Positions 37,169 through 47,666 of a stretch of DNA of 64,000 bases are shown here, in pieces; position 1 is the stretch's first letter; each line of letters starts with the position of its first letter. The stretch is from Anaeromyxobacteraceae bacterium. GTDB lineage: Bacteria > Myxococcota > Myxococcia > Myxococcales > Anaeromyxobacteraceae. The notes under the pieces are model-generated. The model saw only the letters and a list, made by a program, of their open reading frames with translations. It was not told the origin of the DNA and ran no database searches. The stretch covers positions 1,152,001-1,216,000 of the forward strand of contig JASGHJ010000002.1 of assembly GCA_047602405.1 (NCBI GenBank), written 5' to 3'. A program made the position numbers and the translations under genes.

Positions 37169-38206
37169 CTAATCCTCCGGCGGCCCGAGCAGCTCGAAGT
37201 CCGGGATCTGCTCCCGCACGTAGTCGCGCAGCCGCCCGGTGAGCTTGGCCTCGATCTGCCGGGCCCGCTCGCGGGTGAGCTTGAAGTGCGCGCCGATCTC
37301 CTGGAGCGTCAGCGGCGGCTCGCCGTCGGGCGGCATCAGCCGGCGCTCGAAGATGTAGCGCTCCTTCTCGTCGGTGATGGTGCCCGCGAACTCGGCGAGC
37401 TTCTCGCGGAAGAGCTGGCGGAGCTGCTCGTCGCCCATCCGGTCGTCGGCGAGCGCGCCGTCGTGGGCGGGGACGCGGTCCATCCCGGTCTGGCGGGAGT
37501 CGCCGTCGTCGGCGCGGAGCGGGGCGTCGAGCGAGAGGTCGTCGCTCGCCATACGCGCCGACATCTCCTCGACCTCCGACTCCTCGACCTGGAGGTTCTT
37601 CGCGAGGAGGCGCGGCGTCGGCTCGATGCCGCGGGCGAGGAGCTTCTCGCGCTCCTTGGCGAGGTTGAAGAAGAGCTTCCGCTGCGCCTGGGTGGTGCCG
37701 AGCTTCACGAGGCGCCAGTTCTCCATGATGAAGCGGATGATGTAGGCGCGGATCCACCAGGCGGCGTAGGAGGAGAGCTTCACGCCCTTCCACGGGTCGT
37801 ACTTCTTCACGGCCTGCATGAGGCCGAGGTTGCCCTCCTGCACGAGGTCGAGGAGCTGGAAGGCGGTCCGCCGGTACTCGTGGGCGATCTTCACCACGAG
37901 GCGCAGGTTGGAGGCGACGAGCTTGTAGGCCGCGTCCACGTCGCCCGTCTCGCGGTAGTGCACCGCGAGCTCGTGCTCCTCCTCGCGGGTGAGCACCGGG
38001 TGCCGGGAGACCTCCGCGAGGTACGCCCGCAGGGGGTCGTACCGGACGAGCCCCGCGTCGTCGCGCTTGCGGGCGGGCGGGGCGGCCGGGGCTGGCGGCA
38101 GCGGGGCGAGCGCGTCGTCGGCCTCCTCCGCCTCCGGCACGACCTCGGGCTCGGCCTCGGTGTCCTGGGAAGCCTCGATGTCCTTGGGGGATTTCGATCC
38201 GGCCAT
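37169..38206 (-). CDS. rpoH: RpoH (sigma-32)-like sigma-70 factor
   Basis: LVASNLRLVVKIA, DLVQEGNLGLM, YAAWWIRA, RpoH box TTQAQRKLFFNL, TRERARQIE. Confidence 0.9.
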   Translation of the reverse strand: MAGSKSPKDIEASQDTEAEPEVVPEAEEADDALAPLPPAPAAPPARKRDDAGLVRYDPLRAYLAEVSRHPVLTREEEHELAVHYRETGDVDAAYKLVASNLRLVVKIAHEYRRTAFQLLDLVQEGNLGLMQAVKKYDPWKGVKLSSYAAWWIRAYIIRFIMENWRLVKLGTTQAQRKLFFNLAKEREKLLARGIEPTPRLLAKNLQVEESEVEEMSARMASDDLSLDAPLRADDGDSRQTGMDRVPAHDGALADDRMGDEQLRQLFREKLAEFAGTITDEKERYIFERRLMPPDGEPPLTLQEIGAHFKLTRERARQIEAKLTGRLRDYVREQIPDFELLGPPED

Positions 38207-38447
38207 GGGGTGGGATGCGGCCGTTCGTGCGGCCGAACGGGTCTCCTGTGATATAGAGACCCGGCTCCGCGCGCAACGGCGCGGATGCCACACCGGCGCA
38301 TGGCGGGCCTCGCGGAACGGCGCGGGTCCCGGTGCCGGAACCCCGGAATCCACGGGGACACCGAGGCTCACGCGGTATCGAGCGAAGCTCTGCCATGCGC
38401 CATCACAGTCCGCCGCGCCCACGTGCGCGGTGGTGATGGAGAACAGC

Positions 38448-40403
38448 ATGGAGAACGAGCAGCAGGGGCCCGCGGCCGAGCAGGGCCTCGGGCCGGCAGG
38501 CCGCGCGGAGCCTTCGGACGTCGCGGCCGCGGCACCTTCCGACTACATCGCCACGGCGTCCTTCGACGAGCTGGGCATCTCGGAGCCGGTCCGGCGCGCG
38601 ATCGCCGAGCGCGGCTACACGAAGCCCACCCCGGTCCAGGCCGCGACCTTCAAGCCGGTCCGCGCCGGCAAGGACGTCATCGTCCGGTCGAAGACCGGCA
38701 CCGGCAAGACCGCCGCCTTCACGATCCCGATGCTGGAGCGGATCCCCGACGGCCGCCGCAAGCCCTCGGTGCTCGTGATGACGCCCACCCGCGAGCTCGC
38801 CATCCAGGTGGCCGAGGAGATGACCGCGCTCGCGAAGCACCGCGACCTGTCGGTCGTCACCATCTACGGCGGCGCCTCGATGGGCGACCAGCTCGACAAG
38901 CTGCAGAAGGGCGCGGAGCTCGTGGTGGGCACCCCGGGCCGCATCTACGATCACATCCGCCGCCGCACCCTCGACCTCGACGGCTGCATGGCCTGCTGCC
39001 TCGACGAGGCCGACGAGATGCTCAACATGGGCTTCTTCGAGGAGGTGACGCGGATCCTCAGCCACCTCCCCGACGGCTGCCAGCAGCTCCTCTTCTCGGC
39101 CACCGTCCCCGCCGACATCGAGCAGATCATCCGGGAGTACCTCACCGAGCCCGAGACCATCCTTCTCTCCGGCGACGAGTACCGGGTCGACAACATCCAC
39201 AACGTGATGTACCCGGCGGTGGACTCCTACCCGAAGCCCCGCAACCTCCTCTACATGGTCGAGAAGGAGGAGCCGGAGGCGGCGATCGTCTTCTGCAACA
39301 CCCGCAGCGACACCTCGCTCGTCACCGCGGTGCTCAACCGCAACGGCTACGACGCCGAGCTCCTGAACGGCGACCTCCCGCAGAAGGAGCGCGAGCGGGT
39401 GATGGCGAAGGTGAAGCGCGGCGAGGTCCGCTTCATGGTGGCGACCGACATCGCCGCCCGCGGCATCGACATCTCCGACCTCTCGCACGTCATCAACTAC
39501 TCCTTGCCCGAGGACCCGGCGATCTTCCTCCACCGGGTCGGCCGCACCGGCCGCATCGGCAAGAAGGGCACCAGCCTCTCCATCGTCTCGGGCGCCGAGA
39601 TCCACACGCTCACGGCGCTCCAGAAGAAGTTCGGGATCACCTTCGAGGAGCGGACGCTCCCCACGCCCGAGGAGGCGCGCAAGGCCTGGAGCGATCGCCA
39701 CGTCGGCGAGCTCAAGGAGGCGATGAGCGCCTCGATCTTCGAGGCCTTCATCCCGCTCGCCCAGGAGCTCAAGACCCGCCCCGACGGCGACTACCTCATC
39801 GCCTACGCGCTCAAGTACTTCTTCACGCACCACCGCATGGAGCGGGCGCAGGACCGCGAGAAGGCCGAGCACAAGAAGGAGCAGCACGAGACCAAGCTCG
39901 AGCACAAGGAGCACAAGGAGGAGAGGCGCGAGCGCCGCGAGCCGCGCGAGGGGCGCGAGCGCGGTCCCCGGCGTGAGCGGGGCGAGCGCGGTGAGCGGGG
40001 CGAGGGGCGCCGCGAGCGCCGCGACGGCGACGGGCCGCGCCGCGAGCGCAGCCGCCGCGAGGAGCCGAGCACGCCCTCCGTCGAGGTGCCCGCCACGCTG
40101 CAGGGCGGCGAGGCCGCCCCGGCCGAGGGCGCCGCAGACGCGCCGGCGCGCGAGGCCCGCCCGCCGCGGTCCCGGATCTTCGTGGGCGCGGGCGAGCAGG
40201 AGGGCGTCGACGACGCCGGCGTCCGCGCCTTCGTGGAGGCCCACGCGCCCGGCACCGAGCTCGGCGCGGTCGAGCTCCGCCGCTCGCACGTCTTCCTCGA
40301 GGTGAAGCCCGAGGCCGGCGACGCGCTCGTCGCCGCGCTGAACGGCAAGGAGCTCGGCGGCAAGGCCGTGCTCGTCGAGAAGGCCCGCCGCCGCCGGCGG
40401 TAG
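38448..40403 (+). CDS. DEAD-box RNA helicase with C-terminal DbpA-like RNA-binding domain
   Basis: Q motif, TGTGKT, PTRELA, TPGR, DEAD, SAT, ARGID, HRVGRTGR. Confidence 0.95.
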   Translation: MENEQQGPAAEQGLGPAGRAEPSDVAAAAPSDYIATASFDELGISEPVRRAIAERGYTKPTPVQAATFKPVRAGKDVIVRSKTGTGKTAAFTIPMLERIPDGRRKPSVLVMTPTRELAIQVAEEMTALAKHRDLSVVTIYGGASMGDQLDKLQKGAELVVGTPGRIYDHIRRRTLDLDGCMACCLDEADEMLNMGFFEEVTRILSHLPDGCQQLLFSATVPADIEQIIREYLTEPETILLSGDEYRVDNIHNVMYPAVDSYPKPRNLLYMVEKEEPEAAIVFCNTRSDTSLVTAVLNRNGYDAELLNGDLPQKERERVMAKVKRGEVRFMVATDIAARGIDISDLSHVINYSLPEDPAIFLHRVGRTGRIGKKGTSLSIVSGAEIHTLTALQKKFGITFEERTLPTPEEARKAWSDRHVGELKEAMSASIFEAFIPLAQELKTRPDGDYLIAYALKYFFTHHRMERAQDREKAEHKKEQHETKLEHKEHKEERRERREPREGRERGPRRERGERGERGEGRRERRDGDGPRRERSRREEPSTPSVEVPATLQGGEAAPAEGAADAPAREARPPRSRIFVGAGEQEGVDDAGVRAFVEAHAPGTELGAVELRRSHVFLEVKPEAGDALVAALNGKELGGKAVLVEKARRRRR

Positions 40404-40586
40404 CGCACCGCGGCGTCCGGTCCAGGACCCCTACGTAAGCGCTAGCGCGCCGCGCTGGAGGTCCGCACGGACCGGCGCGGGCGCACGCCTGCGGGCTCCC
40501 TCGACTCCGGGATTTTCACGGACCGGGTACATGCGCTAGAGGGGGAGTGCGGCGGATCCGCGTTCGCTCGACCGAGCGGGGGATAC

Positions 40587-42005
40587 ATGCACCCACATGC
40601 CAGGTACGCCGCAGCACTCGCGCTCGTCCTCGCCGTCGTCCCGGCGCGGGCCGAGGACCTCGCGGCCGCCTCGCGACGCGCGGCGGACGCGCTCGCGACC
40701 GTGCTCGCGGCGGCCCCGGAGCGGGCGACGGTGAAGGCGATCGCGGTCCCGCCGCTCGGCGTGCAGGGTGGGGTCGGGGCGGATCAGGGCGTGCGCGCGG
40801 CCGAGGCCCTCGGGGCCCGGCTCGCCACCGTCGCCCGGGTGAGCGTGCTCGACGCGCAGACCTTGAAGGGCGTGCTCGGTGAGGCGCGCCTCTCGGCGCT
40901 GAACGGCAACCTCCGCGCCGACGAGCCGGCGCTCACCTCCCGCAACCTCGCGCAGGCGATCGTCACCGGCACCGTGGCCGTGGAGGGCGACCACCTCCGC
41001 CTCACCGCGCGCCTCGTGCTCGTGCCGTCGGGCAAGCTCCTCGCCCAGGCGCAGGGCCAGGCCGACGCCGTCGTGTCCGCCGCGGTCCCGGTGCCGCCCC
41101 CGCCCGCGCCGGTGGGGAGCTCGGCGGCCTCCCGCGCGACGGCCGAGCCGCAGCGCATCGAGGTCGCGATGCGCAGGGTCGCCGACGGCCTCGCGGCCGG
41201 CTTCGCGAGGCTCCCGGGCAACGCCCGCTACCACCGCCTCGCGGTGCTGCCGCTCGGCGAGGTGGGCGACCGCGTGCAGAAGCAGCGCCTCGGCACCGTG
41301 GTGGCCGCCGAGCTCGCGACCGACCTCCGCCGGGATCACGGGCTCCTGCTGGTGGAGCGCGAGCGCCTGGGGCAGGTGCTCGGCGAGCTCAAGCTCCAGC
41401 AGATGACCTCCCCCGACTCCTCCACCACCGCGAAGATCGGCCAGCTCGCCGAGGCGCAGGCGCTCGTGATCGGCTCGGTGGCCGAGGCGGGCGATCGCTA
41501 CCTCGTCACCGCGCGGATCGTCGCCACCGAGACGGGCGAGGCGCTCGCGGCCGAGTCCGCGAGCGTGCCCGCCGCCGGGCTCGTCGCGCTCGCCTCCGAC
41601 GCGGTCGTGCTCCGCACCCGCGGCGACGCGGCGTTCCGCAGCCTCCTCGTGCCCGGCCTCGGCCAGGCCTACAACCGGCAGAAGGCGAAGGCCTGGGCCT
41701 TCGGCGGCGCCGCGCTCGCGCTCGCGGGTGGGGCGGCCGTGTTCCACCTCTCCGGCACCTCGTCGAGGTCCGACTACGACAAGGCCACCTCCTCCGAGGT
41801 CGCCACGAAGGCCTACGACGACGCGCAGACCTCCTTCCGCACCCGCAACTGGCTGCTCGCCGGGCTGGGCGCGGTCTGGGCGGTGAACGTCATCGACGCC
41901 TACGCGTCCGGCGTGGACGGCGAGGCGGCCCTGGGCGGCGGCGTCGCGATCGCGCCGGTGGCCGCGCCCGGCGCGGGCGGCCTGGTCGTCGCGGGCCGGT
42001 TCTAG
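40587..42005 (+). CDS. Secreted CsgG/TolB-N-like domain protein with hydrophobic DUF5683-like C-terminus
   Basis: Signal peptide; LVERERLGQVLGELKLQ, IGQLAEAQALVIGSV, ARIVATETGE; RSLLVPGLGQAYN. Confidence 0.7.
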   Translation: MHPHARYAAALALVLAVVPARAEDLAAASRRAADALATVLAAAPERATVKAIAVPPLGVQGGVGADQGVRAAEALGARLATVARVSVLDAQTLKGVLGEARLSALNGNLRADEPALTSRNLAQAIVTGTVAVEGDHLRLTARLVLVPSGKLLAQAQGQADAVVSAAVPVPPPPAPVGSSAASRATAEPQRIEVAMRRVADGLAAGFARLPGNARYHRLAVLPLGEVGDRVQKQRLGTVVAAELATDLRRDHGLLLVERERLGQVLGELKLQQMTSPDSSTTAKIGQLAEAQALVIGSVAEAGDRYLVTARIVATETGEALAAESASVPAAGLVALASDAVVLRTRGDAAFRSLLVPGLGQAYNRQKAKAWAFGGAALALAGGAAVFHLSGTSSRSDYDKATSSEVATKAYDDAQTSFRTRNWLLAGLGAVWAVNVIDAYASGVDGEAALGGGVAIAPVAAPGAGGLVVAGRF

Positions 42006-44291
42006 GCGGCGGGGACCGTCACCCGCCCGAGCGCCTGGGCGACCTTCGCGAGCAGCTCCTCGCCGGTGAACGGCTTCGCGAGGATCGCCTCGCCCGGCGC
42101 GAACCCGAACGGCTCGCCCGAGCCCGGCAGGGCCGGGTAGCCCGACATGAACAGCACCGGCAGGCCGGGGTGCTCGGCGACGATCCGGTCGCGGAGCTCG
42201 CGCCCCCCGATGCCGGGCATCACCACGTCGGTCAGCAACAGATCGATCCCCTCGTGCCGCCGCGCGAGCGCGAGCGCGCCGGGGCCGTTCTCGGCCTCGA
42301 CGACCGCGTAGCCCGCCGACGAGAGCACCCGGTTCGCGAGCTGCCGCACGAGCGGCTCGTCCTCGACGAGGAGGATGGTGCCGGCCCCGGGGGCGCGCGC
42401 GGGGGCCGCCCCGCCGGGCGCGGCCGCGGCCGCGGGGGCCTCGGGCTCCTCGGCCGCGCCGGGGAGGGTGATGCGGAAGGTGGTGCCGCGGCCCGGCGCG
42501 CTCTCGAGCTCGAATCTCGCCGCCGTGCTGCTTCACGATGCCGTGGCAGGTCGAGAGGCCCAGCCCGGTGCCCTTGCCGATCGGCTTCGTGGTGAAGAAG
42601 GGCTCGAACGCCCGCGCCTGCTGCGCCGCGGTCATCCCCACGCCCGAGTCGTGCACCGACAGCACCGCGGCGCCGTCGGGGCGCGCGGCCGTCGAGAGCT
42701 CGATCACGCCGCCGCCGGGCATGGCGTCCCGGGCGTTCACGGCGAGGTTCATCAGCACCTGCTGGAGCTGCCCCGCGTCCCCGCGCACCCGCAGGAGCCC
42801 GGGCGAGGTGGACACCCGCACCTTCACGTCCTCGCCGATGAGGCGGGGGAGGAGGTCGTGGAAGCCGCGCACGACCGCGTTGAGGTCGATCACCTTCAGC
42901 TCGAGGCGCTGGCGGCGGCTGAAGGCGAGCACCTGCGCGGTGAGGGCGCGGGCGCGCTCGGCGGCGTGGGTGATCGTCTCGAGGTCCTCGTGCGCAGGAT
43001 GGGCCTGGGGGAGGCCGTCCTTCACGAGGCGCGCGCAGACGAGGATCGGGGTGAGGAGGTTGTTGAGGTCGTGGGCGATCCCGCCCGCGAGGCGGCCGAC
43101 GGCCTCGAGCCGCTGGGTCTCCTCGAGCCTGAGGCGCAGCCGCTCGCGCTCCTCAATCTCCCGGCGGAGCGCGCGGCGCGCGAGCACGAGCCGCCGGTTC
43201 ACCGCGAGCAGCACGGCCGCGAAGGCGAGGAGGGCCAGGAACGCCACCGCGGCGGCGGCGACCTCCGTCCGGTGCGCGCTCCAGAGGGTCTCCGGCGCGT
43301 TCACGAGCCCGGTCCCGGCCGGGATCGCGGTGACGTCGAGGCCCGCGCGCGCGGCCGCCGCCACGTCGACGGCCCGGCGGACGCCGGAGCTGCCCTCGAT
43401 GCGAGCCGGGCCGCCGTCGAGCAGCGCGAGGGCGAGCTCGGCGGCCCGCCGGCCCTGCAGCGCGCCGGAGAGCAGGCTGCCGCCGACGATCCCGTGGCCG
43501 AGCTGGAACTCCCACAGGCCGTAGACCGGGGCGCGGCTCACCGCCGAGACGCGCGCGGCCACCTCCTCGTAGGCGTGGACCGCCCCGAGCCGATCGGTCA
43601 CGAAGGACGCGAGGAGGAGCGCGTCGCCCGGCCCGAGGCGGCGGGCGAGGGCCTCGACCTCCGCCATCGAGAGCCCCTGCGCGAACTCCACGGCGAGCCC
43701 CGAGCCGGCGAGGGCGGGGTCGCCCCGCAGCCGCGGACCGATGGCCTGGCTCGTCTCGGTCTGGTCGAGCACCACCACGAGCCGGCGCAGGTCCGGCTGC
43801 AGCGCCCGCGCCAGCGAGAGCGTCCCGGCGACGTCCACGTCCTCGAGCACGCCGGAGACCCGCGCCGCGCCGCTCGCGTGGTCCGCGCCGTTCACGCCGC
43901 AGAACGCGACGGCGACGGCCTCGCCGCCGAGCTCGGCCCGGTGGGTGAGCACGAAGTCGAGGGCGGCGTCGTCGGTCGCGACGATCGCGGCCCAAGGCTC
44001 CGGCGGCCGGTGGGCGGCGAGCAGGCCGAGCACGGCGCGCTCGTGGGCCGGCCCGCGGAAGTGCTTCGAGTCGAGGTAGAAGACCGACGGGACGTACCCG
44101 GGCCAGCGGGCGCGGAGGACCTCGAAGATGCCGTCGTTCTCCTGGTCGGTCCAGGTGAGGCCGCGGTGGTACGAGTGCAGCACGAGGAGCTGCGGCGGCG
44201 CGTCGGCGGCGGGAGGGCCGGACGCCGGCGCGGCGCCGGCGTGTGCGGCGATCGCGAGCGCGAGCAGTCGGGCGGTGGCGCGGACGGTCAC
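42002..44291 (-). CDS. Hybrid histidine kinase/response regulator with periplasmic ABC-substrate-binding-like sensor; +1 frameshift at ~42513
   Basis: LVLHSYH..WT, GHGIVGG, AGGIAHDLNNLL, GTGLGL; deleting one A restores EIELESAPGRGTTFRI and fuses the REC ORF 42002-42349. Confidence 0.88.
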
Positions 44292-44436
44292 GCGGGGTCG
44301 GCCTCGTTCGGGCCGACTCTACCAGAGGGCGCGCCGGCGCCGGCGCGAAGCGATGTCGCGCGGGGCGGGTCGTCAGCGCGCTGACGCACCCCCCGGTGAG
44401 CGCGGCCGGCGGGCGGATCGCGAGCGGATCGGCGGC

Positions 44437-45732
44437 TCAGTTGAGCGCGACGGACTCGCCGCGCAGGCGCGCCTGGAGGGGCGCGATCTTCGCCCTGTAG
44501 TCCTCGAGCTGCGCGGCGGGGATCGGCGCCTCGCGCGGCAGCTGGAGCGTCAGCGGGTTCACCGCGTGTCCGCCCTTCTTCACCATGTAGTGGAGGTGCG
44601 GCCCGGTCGCGAGGCCGGTCTGGCCGGTGTAGCCGATGATCTGCTTCTGGGCGACGCCCTTGCCGGCGGAGACGGCGACGCTCGACAGGTGGCAGTAGAC
44701 GGTCTCGAAGCCGTTCCGGTGACGGAGCGTGACCGCCTTCCCGCAGCCGCCGTTCCAGCCGGCCTGCTCGACGCGGCCGTCGCCCACCGCCCACACCGGC
44801 GTGCCGACCGGCGCGCCGTAGTCGACGCCCTCGTGCATGCGCGTGTAGCCGAGCACCGGGTGCTTGCGGCTGCCGAAGCGGGAGGTGAGGTGCGCGTACT
44901 TGAGCGGCGACTTCAGGAACCCGCGCTGCGCGCTCTGGCCCGCGTCGTCGTAGTAGCCGGGCTTGCCCTCGGCGTCGACGTAGCGGAACAGCCGCCGCGT
45001 GCCGGTGGTCTCCCCGACGTACTCCGCGGCGAGCACGTCGCCGTAGCGCAGCGGCTGCCCGTCGGCGAGCACGCGCTCGACCACCACCCGGAGCACGTCG
45101 CCCTGCTGGACGTCCCGGTAGAAGTCGACGTCCCACGCGAGGACGTCGGAGGCGAGCACCGCGAGGGCCGGGTCCTCGCCCGCGGCGGCCATCGACTCGT
45201 AGAGCGACGAGGCGACCTTCACCTCCACCCGGCGGACCTCGGTCGTCACCTCGACCGGTCGCTTCGAGGCCTCGAGTGCGCCCGCGGCGGTGCGCTGCAC
45301 CGTCCACTCGTCGGCGCGCCCCTGCCGGTAGGTGAAGCGGTGGAGCGAGCCGTCCTCCGCCCGCTCGACGCGGAGCTGGTCGCCCGCCCGGGCCTTGCGG
45401 AACGGCACGTGCGGCTCGAGCGCCTTCAACGCCGCCGTCGCGTCCGCCGCGGCGAGCTCCATCTTGAAGAGCGCCTGGCCAATCGTCTGGTTGTGGGCGA
45501 GCCGGAGGGTGAGCTCCTTGAACCTCGCGGGCGGCGCGATCAGCGCCGCCTGGACCGGCGCGGGCGCGGCCGCCGGCGCCGTGGCCGGGGGCGGCGGGGG
45601 CGCGGACAGCACGATCCCGCGCAGGTAAGCGAAGGAGCCGGCCCCGGCGAGGGCGACGGCGAGGCCAGCGAGCAGCGCGGCCTTCGAGCGGCGCCTGGGG
45701 AGGGGTTCGGTAGAGCTCACGCGTCGCACCAT
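44437..45732 (-). CDS. M23 family peptidoglycan endopeptidase (MepM-like)
   Basis: HEGVDY, YCHLS, TGLATGPHLHY; N-terminal TM; start at 45732 or GTG 45720. Confidence 0.92.
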   Translation of the reverse strand: MVRRVSSTEPLPRRRSKAALLAGLAVALAGAGSFAYLRGIVLSAPPPPPATAPAAAPAPVQAALIAPPARFKELTLRLAHNQTIGQALFKMELAAADATAALKALEPHVPFRKARAGDQLRVERAEDGSLHRFTYRQGRADEWTVQRTAAGALEASKRPVEVTTEVRRVEVKVASSLYESMAAAGEDPALAVLASDVLAWDVDFYRDVQQGDVLRVVVERVLADGQPLRYGDVLAAEYVGETTGTRRLFRYVDAEGKPGYYDDAGQSAQRGFLKSPLKYAHLTSRFGSRKHPVLGYTRMHEGVDYGAPVGTPVWAVGDGRVEQAGWNGGCGKAVTLRHRNGFETVYCHLSSVAVSAGKGVAQKQIIGYTGQTGLATGPHLHYMVKKGGHAVNPLTLQLPREAPIPAAQLEDYRAKIAPLQARLRGESVALN

Positions 45733-45879
45733 AGCAGGGGAGGGCGCTTTAACCCACTCCCCGGCCGTAAAGGCGACCCATGCTTCGAGCGCTCGGCCGA
45801 GGTCGGGCCGCGGAACACCCAACGTTGGTTCATCACCAGCACCCAGCAGCGTCGGCCGACCTTGGTCCGCCGCGTCCGA

Positions 45880-46127
45880 GGGCGAAACGCGTCTCCGCAG
45901 CGCCGGCCGGCGGAGGTCGGGCTCTCCACGTCTCCAGTGCCCTAGCGATTGCAGGCCAAGGGATGTGTGCGTGTGACGGCATGGCGCGCGCAGCGCGCTG
46001 TGCCGTCACGCGCAACTCAACCGCAGGCCTGCCGCGGCCTGATCATCGCAGCAGCAACGATTCCGGGCTTCGGCAGACATACACGGACCGACGCAGCCGG
46101 CCGGCGTCGCGGAGGCGCGTTTCGCCC
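45880..46127 (+). repeat. ~250-nt nested hairpin element (32-bp imperfect terminal IR plus 22-bp central stem)
   Basis: Arms at 45880-45911 and 46096-46127; central stem 45968-46014; non-Watson-Crick pairs are mostly G-U on the + strand. Confidence 0.75.
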
Positions 46128-46161
46128 CCACGGAACCCGCCCGCCGACGTCTCGGGGAGAC

Positions 46162-47661
46162 CTACAGCTCCACCCGCCGGTCCGAGTGCTCGCGCCCGTC
46201 GAAGCGGAACATCACGCCCCGCCCTTCGACCTTGGACACGAGGTTCACCGGCCGGCGCCAGAGCGACTGCACGTTCTTGAGCGTGTCCCGCATGTAGTCG
46301 AGCTTGAGGTCGACGCCGTCGTGACGGTGCACGAGGAGGAGCTCGCCGCGGTTGTCGTGGTTCCCGTCCTCGACCGAGATGCTGGGCTGGCCGAAGTTGG
46401 TGAGCATGTGGAGGAGCTTCTCCTTCACCTTGCGGAAGTCGCGCTCCATGATCTCCCAGCGCTGGTGCTTGTCGCTGTACCCGAAGGTGAAGAGCTTCTG
46501 CTCCACACAGAACTCGAGGTTCAGGAACTCGTCGATGAAGGTGACGTCGTTGTAGTGCTTGCGGACCTCGAAGATCTTCTCGCGCCCGAGCCCGAGCCGC
46601 TTGTCCCAGTGCTTGCGCTCCACGTAGGAGTCGCACTCGTCGTACTCCTTGCCGAAGCGCCCCTTGTTCCAGCGGTCCTCGATGTCGCGCCAGAGCTCGA
46701 CGCCGAGCTTGTAGGGGTTGAGCTGCCCGGGCTGGGTGGCGAGCGTGCCGGAGTGGTGGTCGGCGTAGTCGATGATCTCGGAGGCGTCGAGCGCCTTCTG
46801 CGTCATGATCGTGGAGTGCCAGTAGGTGGCCCACCCCTCGTTCATGATCTTGGTCTGGCCCTGGGGCGCGAAGTAGTAGGCCTCCTCGCGGATGATCGAG
46901 AGCACGTCGTGCTCCCAGCGCTCGAGCGGCGCGTGCTCGAGGAGGAACAGCAGCACGTCGCGCTCCGGCCGCTCCGGGAACTTCTTCTTGCGGGTGGCCT
47001 CGTCGTCGAGCTTCTTCTGCTCGGCGGCCAGGAACGCGGGCGGGTTGATGTACTCCCGCATGTACTCGCGGTCGGCCTTGAGCCCCTGGGCCACCTTCCG
47101 CTCGGCCTCGGCCCCCTCCGGCTCCTCGCGGTCGGGGCGCCGCTTCACGTAGGGTGACTGGTAGTCGATGAGGTTCTCGAGCGAGAGGCAGCGGTCGACG
47201 AAGTCCTCGACCGGCTCCACCCCGAGCTTGTCCTGGTAGCGGCGCACGCGCGTGGCGTGGTTCGCCATCTCGTCCATCATCTTCCGGTGGGTGTGCCGGA
47301 ACATGAAGTTGTTCTTGAAGAAGTCGACGTGGCCGAAGACGTGGGCCATCACGAGCTTCTGGTCGACGTCGGCGTTCGACTCGAGGAGGTAGGCGTACGA
47401 GGGGTCGTTGTTGATCACCATCTCGTAGATCTTCGAGAGGCCGTACTCGTAGCCCTTCGAGAGCCGCTCGTACTCCATCCCGAAGCGCCAGTGCGGGTAG
47501 CGGTTCGGGAAGCCGCCGTACGCGGCCACCATGTTGATCTCGTCGAAGGAGAGCACCTCGAAGACCGTGTCGAAGAAGTCGAGGCCGTAGCCGCGGGCGT
47601 AGCCCTCGATCTTCTTGCGGAGGTCGTGCAGGTGCGCCGGGATGTGGGCCTTGCGGTCCAT
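46162..47661 (-). CDS. spoVR: SpoVR/YcgB family protein
   Basis: [49 protein letters not shown]. Confidence 0.95.
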   Translation of the reverse strand: MDRKAHIPAHLHDLRKKIEGYARGYGLDFFDTVFEVLSFDEINMVAAYGGFPNRYPHWRFGMEYERLSKGYEYGLSKIYEMVINNDPSYAYLLESNADVDQKLVMAHVFGHVDFFKNNFMFRHTHRKMMDEMANHATRVRRYQDKLGVEPVEDFVDRCLSLENLIDYQSPYVKRRPDREEPEGAEAERKVAQGLKADREYMREYINPPAFLAAEQKKLDDEATRKKKFPERPERDVLLFLLEHAPLERWEHDVLSIIREEAYYFAPQGQTKIMNEGWATYWHSTIMTQKALDASEIIDYADHHSGTLATQPGQLNPYKLGVELWRDIEDRWNKGRFGKEYDECDSYVERKHWDKRLGLGREKIFEVRKHYNDVTFIDEFLNLEFCVEQKLFTFGYSDKHQRWEIMERDFRKVKEKLLHMLTNFGQPSISVEDGNHDNRGELLLVHRHDGVDLKLDYMRDTLKNVQSLWRRPVNLVSKVEGRGVMFRFDGREHSDRRVEL

Positions 47662-47666
47662 GCGCG

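Noticed and set aside
39890..40060. Repetitive GAGCAC/GAGCGC tracts
   Set aside because: They encode the charged low-complexity linker of the DEAD-box helicase; ordinary
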